From: Actinomycetota bacterium
Lineage (GTDB): Bacteria; Actinomycetota; CADDZG01; WHSQ01
Direction: 5' to 3'
DNA length: 64,000 bases
Assembly (NCBI GenBank): GCA_050694275.1
Contig: JBOGXF010000053.1
Coordinates: 8,382 to 72,381 of the forward strand
The notes beneath the pieces are model-generated. The model saw nothing but the letters and a program-made list of their open reading frames with translations, did not search any database and was not told the origin of the DNA. Shown here in pieces: positions 16,704 to 26,358 of this stretch (the first letter of the stretch is position 1; each line of letters starts with the position of its first letter). The translations under genes and the position numbers were made by a program.

Positions 16704-16792
16704 GGTCCGAGGGCGCGTTGCCGTCCCGGCTTGGGGTGAATAGGCACAATTAGGATCCGCGGGTTCGACGCCTCCTGATCCGGATCCGTATC

Positions 16793-18217
16793 ATGTTCGG
16801 ATTGCTTCCCGCTGAGGCCCGCCGGCAAACTCCGCCTGTTGCCTCATGTCAAGAGGTCCTCTTGAGGTCGGTTCGTTGCCTCACGGAAGATGTCCTCGAC
16901 GCGGTCCACGGATGGCCCACCGATCTTGCTCCGGGAGCAGCCCCCTCCCCAGGACGCGCCATCTTGAGCAACCTCGTCTGGAGGCGGCCGATCCTGCGGG
17001 CGAGCATCACCAGGTTGGTCTTTAGATACTGGGCACGGAGATCGGCCTTGACCGCTTCCGACACCAGATCGGTGGCCAGCAGCCGCTGAAGCGGAGTGCG
17101 GGCCTCGTCGTAGCGCCGCGTCACCCGGGCCCCTCGCCGGGTCTTGGAGACGAGCTTCTGCTGAGGGGAAAAGAAGTTCACCCACAGCCGCAGCCAGCCA
17201 TAGAGCTCGTTTAAGAGCTCGAGCGCGGCCTCACCCTCAAAGCGGCCGTAGCCGACCGACTGACGCACCACGGTCCAGTTCTTCTGCTCGACAAAGCAGT
17301 TGTCGTTCTTGCGATACGGCCGCGTGCGCGTGAAGGTGATCTCGTTCTCCGAGCAATAGCGGAAGAGATGGTCGTTGATGAACTCCGAGCCGTTGTCCGA
17401 GTCGATGCCGAGAAGCGGGAACGGCAGGCAGCTCTCGATGCCAACCAACGCCTCAAATACCCAGCGCTGGGCCTTGTTCTTGACCGCCTGCATCTCGGTC
17501 CACCCGGTGGCGACGTCGGTCACGTTGAGCGTTTGGCAGAACTCGCCCTGAGGATTGCCGCCGTCGTGGGCGACGAGGTCGATCTCGCAGAAGCCTGGCC
17601 CGGACTCATCCCACTCGGCGAAGGTCCGTATTGGGATCTGGGCTTTGAGCAGGCTCCCCGGTTTGGTCCCGCTGCGGCCCTTGACCTGCAAGCGTTTGCG
17701 GTCGGGGGCGAGCACCCGATCGATGGTCGCGGGTGAGATCACGATCAGCTTGTCTTTAACCCCGGGATCTAGGTACAGCTCGCCATGGCGCTCGAGGACC
17801 GAGACGATCTCGGAAAGGAAGGGCGCCAGGCGTTTGCCGCAGGGCCCACCGAGGACTATCCAGACCTTGCGCAGGGCGTCGACGACCGCGGCGTCGTAGA
17901 TCACCGGCCGGGGCTTGATCGGGGCCCTCGGTTGATCGGCGCGAGCTATCGCCCGACGGGCATGGCGGCGAGTCCAGCCCGTGAGCGCGCAGAGCTCGTC
18001 GAGGATCGCTCCCTTCTCGGTTTTGCTCGCCCGGGCGTAGCGGGTCGCGATCACCTTGGTCACTGCCCTGCGCTCAGACATCGACAACCCCATTTACGGA
18101 CTCCCCCCGCCGGCCCACACGACGGGCCAAGCGGACATTTCCTGATGAGGCATCGAACGGATTTCGAGGACATTTCTGATGATTCAAGTCGGGTGCTTGC
18201 CATCGAACATATGTTCG
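16793..18217 (-). mobile_element. Insertion sequence (single rve-type transposase); ends only approximately resolved
   Basis: The transposase ORF is flanked on both sides by two copies of a ~24-bp motif in inverted orientation: left 16838-16861 and 16871-16898, right 18131-18158 and 18166-18188 (consensus about GTTCGwTGCCTCAy..GAArTGTCCTCG). ATGTTCG occurs at 16793-16799 and 18211-18217, a candidate 7-bp target duplication, but 18204-18217 is itself a palindrome. Confidence 0.55.
16849..18093 (-). CDS. DDE transposase/integrase (rve core domain) with N-terminal HTH
   Basis: 414 aa. The DDE candidates are EIDLVAH, GIDSDNGSEF and NCFVEQKNW (a DD-35-E-like spacing), and TRPYRKNDN.. resembles the IS481/IS3-type TRPY..NGKVER block. 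The family is not assigned. Confidence 0.85.
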   Translation of the reverse strand: MGLSMSERRAVTKVIATRYARASKTEKGAILDELCALTGWTRRHARRAIARADQPRAPIKPRPVIYDAAVVDALRKVWIVLGGPCGKRLAPFLSEIVSVLERHGELYLDPGVKDKLIVISPATIDRVLAPDRKRLQVKGRSGTKPGSLLKAQIPIRTFAEWDESGPGFCEIDLVAHDGGNPQGEFCQTLNVTDVATGWTEMQAVKNKAQRWVFEALVGIESCLPFPLLGIDSDNGSEFINDHLFRYCSENEITFTRTRPYRKNDNCFVEQKNWTVVRQSVGYGRFEGEAALELLNELYGWLRLWVNFFSPQQKLVSKTRRGARVTRRYDEARTPLQRLLATDLVSEAVKADLRAQYLKTNLVMLARRIGRLQTRLLKMARPGEGAAPGARSVGHPWTASRTSSVRQRTDLKRTS

Positions 18218-18291
18218 CATATAGTAGAGGTGAGGAGGGGCACCGGGGAGCCCCTGGTGGGAAGGGGCCGCTGCTTTACAAGAGGTGCCCG

Positions 18292-19443
18292 ATGTACGAC
18301 GACCCGATCAACGACCACGACGCCATTACCACACGAGAACTCCTCGAGGGCTTCGACCGCAGCTCGGCGGTGGTCGGTGCCGCCCAGCGGCGCCATCTTG
18401 CGTTCATCGTCGCGTGCGACGCCGCCCGCGTGTGGGCCGACGACGACTGCCGCGACATCGCTCACTGGGTCGCGCTGCGCGACGGCATCTCCACCTGGAA
18501 AGCCCAGCGCATGGTGGCCGCCGGCTACGCCCTCAAAAGCCTGCCGGCGATCTGCCGCGCCTTGGAGGATGGGGTCCTGTCGCTCGACAAGGTTGTGGAG
18601 CTGACCCGCTTCGCCACCCCCTACGACGAAGACGACCTGATCGCGTGGGCGAGCCGGGTCGCGCCCGCGGCGATCCGCGAGAAAGCCGACGCCGCGCGGC
18701 GCTTGTCCGACGAGGAGCTGAGACAAAACCGGTGGCGAGAACTGCGGTGGTGGTGGGAGGACGACGGTAGCCGCATGAGCCTGTGGGGATCGCTTCCCGC
18801 CGACAAGGGAGCGGTGGTCGCCAAGGCCCTCGATCGCTTGGCCGAGCACATCCCCGAGCTGCCCGACGATGTTCCTTCCTGGACCGAGGACGGTCCTTCG
18901 ACCATCGACGCCCGGCGCGCCGATGCGCTCGTGGCGATGGCCTCGGCGACGATCGCCGCAGACCCCGATCCGGACCGGGCGACGCTCGTGGTCCACGCCG
19001 AGCTTTCCGCGCTCATCGGCGATGGCCCCAGCGGCGTGATCGCCGGGGGTCCGGCGATTCCTCCCCAGATGGTCCAGCGGCTGGCGTGCGACTGCCGGCT
19101 CCAGGCGGTGCTGCACGGACAAGAGGGCGGCATCGTCTCAATCGGGACGACCGCGCGCAACATACCCCCGTGGCTCAGGCGCCAGGTCGAGCACCGCGAC
19201 GGCTACCGGTGCACGTTCCCGGGCTGTGGAGCCAAGCGTTTCGTCGAGGTGCACCACATCGTGCCGTGGCCGAAGGGGCCCACCGAGATCGGAAACCTCC
19301 TGTGCGCATGCTCCTTCCACCACGACCTGCTCCATCTGCACGGGTGGCATGCGGGGCTGGGGGTCGACGGAGCGGCGCGTTGGTTCCGCCCGGACTGGAC
19401 GCCCTACGAACCACGACCTGCGCCTGCGGCGCTGCCGAACTGA
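18292..19443 (+). CDS. DUF222-domain HNH endonuclease (actinobacterial 13E12-repeat-type)
   Basis: The N-terminal DUF222-like region is ..RRHLAFIVACDAARVWADDDCRDIAHWVALRDGISTWKAQRMV.. The C-terminal HNH region is ..RQVEHRDGYRCTFPGCGAKRFVEVHHIVPWPKGPTEIGNLLCACSFHHDLLH.. I chose the ATG at 18292 inside track ORF 17785..19443. The upstream part of that ORF overlaps the transposase antisense. Confidence 0.85.
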   Translation: MYDDPINDHDAITTRELLEGFDRSSAVVGAAQRRHLAFIVACDAARVWADDDCRDIAHWVALRDGISTWKAQRMVAAGYALKSLPAICRALEDGVLSLDKVVELTRFATPYDEDDLIAWASRVAPAAIREKADAARRLSDEELRQNRWRELRWWWEDDGSRMSLWGSLPADKGAVVAKALDRLAEHIPELPDDVPSWTEDGPSTIDARRADALVAMASATIAADPDPDRATLVVHAELSALIGDGPSGVIAGGPAIPPQMVQRLACDCRLQAVLHGQEGGIVSIGTTARNIPPWLRRQVEHRDGYRCTFPGCGAKRFVEVHHIVPWPKGPTEIGNLLCACSFHHDLLHLHGWHAGLGVDGAARWFRPDWTPYEPRPAPAALPN

Positions 19444-19482
19444 ATCTCGGCCGCCAAAAGACCGGCAGGACGCGTAGATTAG

Positions 19483-20181
19483 ATGGCCTCGATCATGGAG
19501 ACGTCCCGTCCTGATCTCGAGTTGAACGATGTTGCGGTCGAGCGCGACGGCGTCCGCGTGCTCGATGGCCTGGATCTGACTGTTACGGGTGGCACCATCA
19601 CATCCGTTGTGGGCCCATCGGGGGTCGGCAAAACCTCGCTGCTGCGCTGCATGAACGGGCTCACGCGCCCCGCGCGGGGAACGATCCGTCTTCGAGGGAT
19701 CGACGTCTCCGATATCGATCCCCGAGAGCTGAGACGTCGAGTGGGGATGATCTTCCAGGTCCCGGTGATGTTCGAAGGCAAGGTGCGAGACAACCTCGCA
19801 TACGGCCTCGACGATGCGCGCGGGAATGCGGCTGAGGAGGAGCTCGCGACGGTCGGGCTCGATAGATCGTTCCTCGATCGACCGGCGACCGCTCTGTCTG
19901 TCGGTCAGGCGCAGAGAGTCTGCATCGCTCGCGCGCTGCTCCGCCGACCGGAAGTGCTGTTGATGGACGAGCCAACGTCATCTTTGGACCGGGACGCCGT
20001 CGCCCTGATCGAGCGCCTGGTGAAAAGGCTCCGGGATAACGGACTGACAATCGTCTTCGTCACACACGACCTACAACAAGCTCGGCGCATCGCGGACGCG
20101 GCTGCACTGCTGTTCGATGGCCGCCTCCGTTACTTCGGCGATCCCGATTCGATCGACGATCTGTGGGAGGAGCACCAATGA
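19483..20181 (+). CDS. ABC transporter ATP-binding protein, FetA/YbbL-like
   Basis: Walker A GPSGVGKTS, signature LSVGQAQR and Walker B LLMDEPTSSLD. It is paired through an ATGA overlap with a YbbM/FetB-type permease. Confidence 0.8.
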   Translation: MASIMETSRPDLELNDVAVERDGVRVLDGLDLTVTGGTITSVVGPSGVGKTSLLRCMNGLTRPARGTIRLRGIDVSDIDPRELRRRVGMIFQVPVMFEGKVRDNLAYGLDDARGNAAEEELATVGLDRSFLDRPATALSVGQAQRVCIARALLRRPEVLLMDEPTSSLDRDAVALIERLVKRLRDNGLTIVFVTHDLQQARRIADAAALLFDGRLRYFGDPDSIDDLWEEHQ

Positions 20182-20921
20182 TCGAAGTCCTCATGTCCCT
20201 GACTCTGGTCGCCATCGCTGTTGGCGTGTCCGTCGTCTACCGGTTCGGCGTGGAGAAAGACCTCCTGGTCGCAACGATCCGAGCCATCGTTCAGCTCGCT
20301 TTCCTCGCGTCTCTCATCCACCTGGTTCTCGGTCAACTCGGATGGTCCGCTCCGCTGCTGATCGTCATGTTGCTGGTCGCGGCCTTCACCGCCGCCCGCC
20401 GCATGAAGGACATCTCCGGGGCCTTCATCCTCGCGCTCGTATCGATAGGCACCGCCTCTGGTGTGGCCCTGTTGGTGCTATTCGGCCTCGGCGCTTTCCC
20501 CCTCGAGCCTCGCTACCTCATCCCACTGGGTGGGATGGTCATCGGGAACGCGATGAACGCAGTGTCGATTGCAGGTACGAGACTTGGAGACGAAGTGTTC
20601 GACAAGTCGCTCGAGGTCGAAGCCCGGCTCGCTCTGGGGGTCGGTGGGACCGAGGCTCTGCGCCCCTATGTCCGAAGGTCCGCGATCACAGGGCTTATCC
20701 CAACGCTTGACTCGACGAAAAACGTCGGCCTCGTCTTCCTACCCGGCGCGTTCGTGGGGATGATCCTGGGCGGCGCCAGTCCGAGAGATGCGGCCGAGGT
20801 GCAACTCGTCGTGCTCTTCATGCTTTTAGGGGCCGTTTCGATCGCCGGTTTGGTCGCCACACTGCTCATCGCCCGAGCACTCATCACGCCGGATGAGCGA
20901 TTGATCGTGCCGACGAAGTAA
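20178..20921 (+). CDS. ABC transporter permease, FetB/YbbM (UPF0014) family
   Basis: MIEVLMSLTLVAIAVG.. with about 7 TM segments. The organisation resembles the putative iron-export FetAB pair. The start ATG at 20178 overlaps the upstream stop. Confidence 0.7.
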   Translation: MIEVLMSLTLVAIAVGVSVVYRFGVEKDLLVATIRAIVQLAFLASLIHLVLGQLGWSAPLLIVMLLVAAFTAARRMKDISGAFILALVSIGTASGVALLVLFGLGAFPLEPRYLIPLGGMVIGNAMNAVSIAGTRLGDEVFDKSLEVEARLALGVGGTEALRPYVRRSAITGLIPTLDSTKNVGLVFLPGAFVGMILGGASPRDAAEVQLVVLFMLLGAVSIAGLVATLLIARALITPDERLIVPTK

Positions 20922-21045
20922 ACCCGGGGGTCGGGCCGCCCGATCGCACCGATCGCACCGTGAGGAGAAGCCGCCTTCGTTTGCGCAGGGTTTAAAGAAC
21001 TGCGGGAAATCGCATTGGCCTCTGAGACCTTGCCGAATGGCGCAC

Positions 21046-21051
21046 TAGAAT
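21046..21051 (+). promoter_or_regulatory. Possible -10 hexamer TAGAAT giving a leaderless dtxR-family transcript
   Basis: TAGAAT ends 6 nt before the ATG at 21058, and there is no Shine-Dalgarno sequence in between. No convincing -35 element was found. Confidence 0.3.
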
Positions 21052-21057
21052 CAAGCA

Positions 21058-21744
21058 ATGGCTACGCGCTCCCCCGACCTTCACGGCCTGAACCCGGCCT
21101 CCAAGGAGTACCTCGAAGCGATCTACGAGCTCGAGGAAGAGGGTCAGCGCATCCTCCAGGCGCGCATATCCGAGCGGCTCGGCCTCGCGCCGGCGACGGT
21201 ATCGGAGGGGATCAAGCGCCTCGTCGCCGAGGGCTTCGTGACGATCGCGGGGGCCCGCGACATATCCCTCACCGACACCGGACGCACGATCGCCGAGACG
21301 CTCGTGCGCCGTCACCGCCTCGCCGAGCGCATGCTCGTCGATCTCCTGGGCATCCCGTGGCACCTCTGCCACGAACAGGCCGAGGACTGGGAGAAGGTCA
21401 TGACCTCCGAGGTCGAGGAGGCGATCCTCGACAAGCTCGAGGGAGCGCCCACCTGTCCGCACGGGAACCCGATCCCGGGCACCGACTCCGCGCTCCCCTG
21501 GTCCGAGCTCAAGCCGGTCGGCGAGATGGACGTCGGCGAGACCGCCCGCCTCACGCGGCTGCTCGAGGACGTCGAGCTCGACCACGGCGTGCTGAAGTAC
21601 CTCGAGGACCACGGGCTCATGCCGGGCCGCGATCTGACCCTGATCGAGATCGCCCCCGACGGGACGCTCAACCTCGAGGTCGATGGCGACCGAGTCGGCC
21701 TGGGCAAACGGCTCGCCGACAACCTCTGGGTCCTGGCCGACTGA
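21058..21744 (+). CDS. DtxR/IdeR/MntR-family metal-dependent transcriptional regulator with a C-terminal FeoA/SH3-like domain
   Basis: ..SKEYLEAIYELEEEGQRILQARISERLGLAPATVSEGIKRLVAEGFV.. is the wHTH. ..RRHRLAERMLVDLLGIPWHLCHEQAEDWEKVMTSEV..CPHGNPIP.. contains the metal-site residues. Confidence 0.85.
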   Translation: MATRSPDLHGLNPASKEYLEAIYELEEEGQRILQARISERLGLAPATVSEGIKRLVAEGFVTIAGARDISLTDTGRTIAETLVRRHRLAERMLVDLLGIPWHLCHEQAEDWEKVMTSEVEEAILDKLEGAPTCPHGNPIPGTDSALPWSELKPVGEMDVGETARLTRLLEDVELDHGVLKYLEDHGLMPGRDLTLIEIAPDGTLNLEVDGDRVGLGKRLADNLWVLAD

Positions 21745-21815
21745 GTGACGTCCAGGTGATTGACACCACCCCCCGCAGCCGATAGCTTGCGGCCAGACAG
21801 GAACTGATCCGGAGC

Positions 21816-21848
21816 AACGGCGCTCGTTCGCGGGCGCCGTTTTGTTTT
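21816..21848 (+). terminator. Rho-independent terminator after the dtxR-family gene
   Basis: Perfect 8-bp stem AACGGCGC (21816-21823) / GCGCCGTT (21834-21841), followed by TTGTTTT. Confidence 0.7.
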
Positions 21849-21909
21849 GCCCGCAGTGTGAGCACAAAGCCCGTCGACCTTTGCACTCAGTTCATCGAGA
21901 GGATCCGAC

Positions 21910-24900
21910 TTGTACGATCCGAAAAGGGACGAACGAGACGCATGCGGCATCGGCTTCGTCGCCGACGCGCGCGGGCGCGCCTCGCGCGCCATCGTGGACG
22001 CGGCTCTCGACGCACTTTGCCGCGTCAAGCACCGGGGGGCGGTGGCGGCCGACGCCCTCACGGGCGACGGTGCCGGCGTGTTGCTCCCGGTGCCCCGCAC
22101 CCTCCTGGCAGACGGACTCGGGTCGAGAGGTGTCGATGCCGACCGGCTGGGCGTGGCGATGTGCTTCCTCGATCCCGAAGACCCCGAGGCCGAGCGGACG
22201 ATCGTCGCGGATGCCTGCGGTGCCGAGAGCCTCGAGCTGGTGGGGTGGCGCTTGGTCCCGGTCGACGAGCGCGCTCTCGGGGACCGGGCCCGCGCCTCGA
22301 TGCCGGGGATTCAGCAGGCTCTCGTCCTGCGGCCTGTCGGCAGCGACGTCGACGATGGCGAGCGCCGGGCCTTCCGGGCGCGCCGGCGCGTCGAGCAGGT
22401 TGCCGCGAGCCGGGGAGCGAGCCTCTACGTTGCGTCGTTCTCCTTCAAGACGGTGACCTACAAGGCGCTCTGCGCGGCGGATCAGCTCGCCACCTTCTAC
22501 GGCGATCTCACCGACTCTCGATTCGACGCCTGGTTCGCGCTGTTCCATCAGCGTTACTCGACCAACACCGCTCCGACGTGGGAGCGTGCCCAACCGTTTC
22601 GGTTCCTCGCGCACAACGGAGAGATCAACACGATCCGCGGCAACGTCGCCCTCTTGAGAGCGCGCGAAGGACGTCTCGGCTCGGCCGATCTCGCCCCTGA
22701 AGACCTCCTCCGTCCCGTTCTCGACGCGTCGAGCTCGGACTCCGGCATTCTCGACCAGGCGGTCGAGCTCCTGGTGCGCGGCGGACGCGACCTGCGGCAC
22801 GCGGCCGCGATGCTCGTGCCCCCCGCATGGGAAGAGGTGCTCGACATGGACGCCGAGGTGCGTGACTTCTTCCACTATCACGCGTGTCTGATCGAGCCCT
22901 GGGATGGCCCCGCCGCGCTCGTGTTGGCCGACGGCGATCGCGTCGCAGCCGCGCTCGATCGCAACGGGCTTCGGCCGCTGCGCGTTTCGGTGTGCGACGA
23001 TGGTCTCGTCGCGTGCGCTTCCGAGGCGGGTGCGGTGTCGACCCGCGGGCACGGTCGCGTCCGCCGGCTCAAGATCGGGCCCGGCGAGGCGTTCTGCGTC
23101 GATCCGGCCGATGGCGGAGCAATCGAGGACGCCGACATCAAGTCGCGCCTCGCCCATCGGCGCCCCTACGGCGACTGGCTCGCCGACCACCTCGAGGTCC
23201 GCTCGACGGGAGATCCCGTGGAGTGGCCGCCGGCCGACGTCCTCCCACGTCAGGTCGCCGCGGGCTACTCGAAGGAGGAGTTCACCGTCGTGCTGCGGCC
23301 GATGGCGACCGAGGGGGCCGAGCCGACGTCGTCTATGGGAGACGACACCGCCCAGCCACCGCTCGCCGAGCACGGGCGCCCGATCTTCGCCTTCTTGAAA
23401 CAGCGATTCGCCCAGGTCACCAACCCTCCGATCGATCACCTGCGCGAACGACATGTCATGTCGATCACGACCCGTCTCGGCCCCCGAGCGCCGCTGCTCT
23501 CGGAGCGCCCCGAAGCCGCACGCGTCGTCGAGCTCGATTCGTTCCTGTTGTTCCCCAACGAGGTGGATCGCATCGTTTCGGAGGGAGGCGCGGTCGTCGA
23601 CGCGACCTTTGGGATCGAAGAGGGGCCGGACGGGCTGGAGGGCGCGTGCCGTCGTGTCGCCGACGCCGCCGCGGCGGCCGTGACATCGGGAGCACCCTAC
23701 GCAATCGTGTCCGACCGCAACGCGGGGGCCGAGCGGGCCGCGATTCCGTCGGCCCTCGCCGCGGGCGCGGTCCATCACCGCTTGGTGGATGCCGGATTGC
23801 GCTCTCGCACGAGCCTCGTCGTGGATGCCAACGACCCGCGCGAGACCCACCACGTTGCGTGCCTGCTCACCAACGGCGCCGATGCAGTGTGTCCGCGCCT
23901 CGCGCTCGAGTCGATTGCCGAGCTCGCCGCGCGAGGGCGCCTCGGCGGGGACGCTCCCGCCGACGAAGCCCAACGGCGCTACTTCCACGCAATCGAAGAC
24001 GGGCTGCTCAAGGTGATGTCGAAGATGGGCATCTCGACGCTCGATTCGTACCGCGGCGCGCAGATCATCGAGGCAATCGGGCTGGGCCCGGACGTGATCG
24101 ACGTCTGCTTCCGAGGGGTGTCGTCACCCATCGGCGGGCTCTCGTTCGTCGAGCTGGGAGCGGACCTGCTCCTTCGTCACGACGCCGCGTACGCGACGAA
24201 GCCCGCGCTCGTCAACACCGGCTTCATCAAACACAAGAAGGGCGGCGAGTACCACGCCTTCAACCCCGGTGTCATCGACGCGGTCCACGAGACGGTCGGC
24301 CTCAAAGAAAGCGACGAGATGAAGGCGGCCCACGAGCTCAGGCGCGCGGTCCGCGGCGAGACCATCGCGTACGAGCGGTTCGCCGCGCTGGTCAACGAGC
24401 GGCCCCCCACAGAGCCGCGCGACCTGTTGGATCTCGTCCCCGGCGGCTCGGCGGTCCCCCTCCACGAGGTCGAGCCGGCGTCCGCCATCGTGTCGCGCTT
24501 CTCGACCGGGGCGATGTCACACGGAGCGCTGTCGGCCGAAGCGCACGAGACGATCTCGATCGCCCTCAACACGATCGGCGGCCAAGCGAACACCGGAGAG
24601 GGCGGGGAGGCCCCCGAGCGCTATCGCGACCGGCGTAACTCGGCGATCAAACAGGTCGCGTCCGGGCGTTTCGGCGTGACGCCCGACTACCTCGCCTTCG
24701 CCGAGGAGCTGCAGATCAAGATGGCCCAGGGCTCGAAGCCGGGCGAGGGCGGCCAGCTTCCCGGAAAGAAGGTCTCGGTGGAGATCGCGCGCCTCAGGCA
24801 CACCGTCCCGGGCGTCGCGCTGATCTCGCCGCCGCCTCATCACGACATCTATTCGATCGAGGATCTCGCGCAGCTCATCTTCGATCTCAAGCAGGCAAAC

Positions 24901-26346
24901 CCGAGGGCCAAGGTGTCGGTGAAGCTCGTCTCGTCCGAAGACGTGGGCACGATCGCCGCCGGCGTGGTCAAAGGGCTCTCGGACATCGTTCACATCGCAG
25001 GGGCGGACGGAGGGACGGGGGCCAGTCCGCTGTCGTCCATCAAGAACGCCGGGCTCCCATGGGAGATCGGCCTCGCCGATACTCAGGCCGCGCTGGTGGC
25101 GAACGGGCTGCGAGGTCGGGCCCGGGTGCGAGTGGACGGCGGCTTCAAGACCGGTCGCGACGTCGTGATCGCAGCGCTCATGGGCGCGGACGAATACTCG
25201 TTCGGAACCGCGGTACTGGTGGCCGAAGGCTGCATACTCGTGCGCACCTGTCATCGCAACACGTGTCCGGTCGGCATCGCCACACAGGATCCCGAGCTGC
25301 GAAAGAAGTTCGCCGGAACGCCCGAGATGGTCGCGCGCTACCTCCTGATGGTCGCGGAGGAAGTGCGTCTGTTGCTCAGCTCGCTCGGACTGAGGTCGCT
25401 CGATGAAGCAATCGGCCGCACCGATCTCTTGCGTCAGAGAACCACGGGCCAGCCGCGCTCGGACGCGCTCGATCTCTCCCCGCTCTTCGTCGATCCCGGC
25501 GACCACGAGCGTCGGTTCACCGGCAGCCTCGACGTTCAGCGCCCTCGGTCCGAGCTCGGCGATCGCCTCTACGAGGACTCCATCCGCGAGCTGCAGGCGG
25601 GTCGTTCGGTCGCGCTCACCTACCCCATCACTACCTCGGACCGGACGGTCGGCGCGCGCCTCGGGTGCGCGCTCGGCTACGAACTCGCCGACGGTCAAGG
25701 CGGACGCCGGGTCAGCGCGACCTTCGAGGGCGAGGCGGGTCAGAGTTTCGGAGCGTTTCTGGCCGATGGGATCGAGCTTCGGCTCGTGGGTGAGGCGAAC
25801 GACTACGTCGGCAAGGGAATGGGCGGGGGCCGGGTGATCGTGCAGCCCCCCGCAAACGACGCGGGCGACCCGTACCTGGTCGGCAACACGGTGCTTTACG
25901 GCGCGACCGGTGGCCAGCTCTACGTCGCGGGCCGCGCCGGCGAGCGCTTCGCGGTGCGCAACTCTGGCGCGGTCGCGGTGGTCGAAGGCGTCGGTGAGCA
26001 CGCGTGCGAGTACATGACCGCAGGGGCGGTGGTGATACTCGGGCCCACCGGCAAGAACCTGGGGGCCGGGATGAGCGGCGGAGAGGCATACGTGTACGAC
26101 ACCGATAAAACGCTCGAGGGCCGCATCAACCCGCAGCTCGTCGCGACGTACCCGCCGACCGAAGGTCAACTCGAGTCCCTTCGCAGGATCATCGAACGTC
26201 ACTCCGAATACACGGGCTCGGCGGTCGCCGCAAGGATCCTGGCAACCTGGGATCAGTCGTGTCGTCATTTTCGCCGGGTCGCCCCGGTGGCCGAGGTGGC
26301 CCGCCTCGAAGCCCTGTTCGAAGGCACGGCGGTCTCGGCCGCCTAA
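21910..26346 (+). CDS. gltB: Glutamate synthase large subunit
   Basis: 1478 aa. It has an N-terminal propeptide and then the amidotransferase CGIGFVAD, plus FMN/3Fe-4S and GXGXG domains (..SGRFGV.., ..LISPPPHHDIYSIEDLAQLI.., ..GGTGASP..). TTG start at 21910 behind GAGAGGA. Confidence 0.95.
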   Translation: MYDPKRDERDACGIGFVADARGRASRAIVDAALDALCRVKHRGAVAADALTGDGAGVLLPVPRTLLADGLGSRGVDADRLGVAMCFLDPEDPEAERTIVADACGAESLELVGWRLVPVDERALGDRARASMPGIQQALVLRPVGSDVDDGERRAFRARRRVEQVAASRGASLYVASFSFKTVTYKALCAADQLATFYGDLTDSRFDAWFALFHQRYSTNTAPTWERAQPFRFLAHNGEINTIRGNVALLRAREGRLGSADLAPEDLLRPVLDASSSDSGILDQAVELLVRGGRDLRHAAAMLVPPAWEEVLDMDAEVRDFFHYHACLIEPWDGPAALVLADGDRVAAALDRNGLRPLRVSVCDDGLVACASEAGAVSTRGHGRVRRLKIGPGEAFCVDPADGGAIEDADIKSRLAHRRPYGDWLADHLEVRSTGDPVEWPPADVLPRQVAAGYSKEEFTVVLRPMATEGAEPTSSMGDDTAQPPLAEHGRPIFAFLKQRFAQVTNPPIDHLRERHVMSITTRLGPRAPLLSERPEAARVVELDSFLLFPNEVDRIVSEGGAVVDATFGIEEGPDGLEGACRRVADAAAAAVTSGAPYAIVSDRNAGAERAAIPSALAAGAVHHRLVDAGLRSRTSLVVDANDPRETHHVACLLTNGADAVCPRLALESIAELAARGRLGGDAPADEAQRRYFHAIEDGLLKVMSKMGISTLDSYRGAQIIEAIGLGPDVIDVCFRGVSSPIGGLSFVELGADLLLRHDAAYATKPALVNTGFIKHKKGGEYHAFNPGVIDAVHETVGLKESDEMKAAHELRRAVRGETIAYERFAALVNERPPTEPRDLLDLVPGGSAVPLHEVEPASAIVSRFSTGAMSHGALSAEAHETISIALNTIGGQANTGEGGEAPERYRDRRNSAIKQVASGRFGVTPDYLAFAEELQIKMAQGSKPGEGGQLPGKKVSVEIARLRHTVPGVALISPPPHHDIYSIEDLAQLIFDLKQANPRAKVSVKLVSSEDVGTIAAGVVKGLSDIVHIAGADGGTGASPLSSIKNAGLPWEIGLADTQAALVANGLRGRARVRVDGGFKTGRDVVIAALMGADEYSFGTAVLVAEGCILVRTCHRNTCPVGIATQDPELRKKFAGTPEMVARYLLMVAEEVRLLLSSLGLRSLDEAIGRTDLLRQRTTGQPRSDALDLSPLFVDPGDHERRFTGSLDVQRPRSELGDRLYEDSIRELQAGRSVALTYPITTSDRTVGARLGCALGYELADGQGGRRVSATFEGEAGQSFGAFLADGIELRLVGEANDYVGKGMGGGRVIVQPPANDAGDPYLVGNTVLYGATGGQLYVAGRAGERFAVRNSGAVAVVEGVGEHACEYMTAGAVVILGPTGKNLGAGMSGGEAYVYDTDKTLEGRINPQLVATYPPTEGQLESLRRIIERHSEYTGSAVAARILATWDQSCRHFRRVAPVAEVARLEALFEGTAVSAA

Positions 26347-26358
26347 CCCCATCTTGTC

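Noticed and set aside
16755-16790. tRNA-like fragment (GGGTTCGACGCC) flanked by GGATCC sites just outside the IS
   Set aside because: The flanking bases do not form a T-stem or acceptor stem. It is probably a chance resemblance to a T-loop.
17785-18291. 5' extension of the HNH/DUF222 ORF (track ORF 17785..19443)
   Set aside because: It overlaps the transposase gene antisense and crosses the IS end. The DUF222 homology begins only after the ATG at 18292.
20941-20958. 9-bp tandem repeat CGATCGCAC x2 after the fetB-like gene
   Set aside because: It is a very short two-copy repeat in an intergenic region, with no structural or positional hint of function.
21892-23988. 698-aa minus-strand ORF, and similar long ORFs at 24517..26352 (-), 52075..53670 (+), 53848..56100 (+), 27157..28392 (-), 59423..61213 (-), 33394..34626 (+) and 1946..2920 (-)
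   Set aside because: They are antisense to, or out of frame with, genes that carry unmistakable conserved motifs (gltB, dnaE, the metalloprotease, ileS, livM, EamA). Their translations are Arg/Gly/Pro/Asp-rich low-complexity sequence, typical of stop-poor frames in GC-rich DNA.
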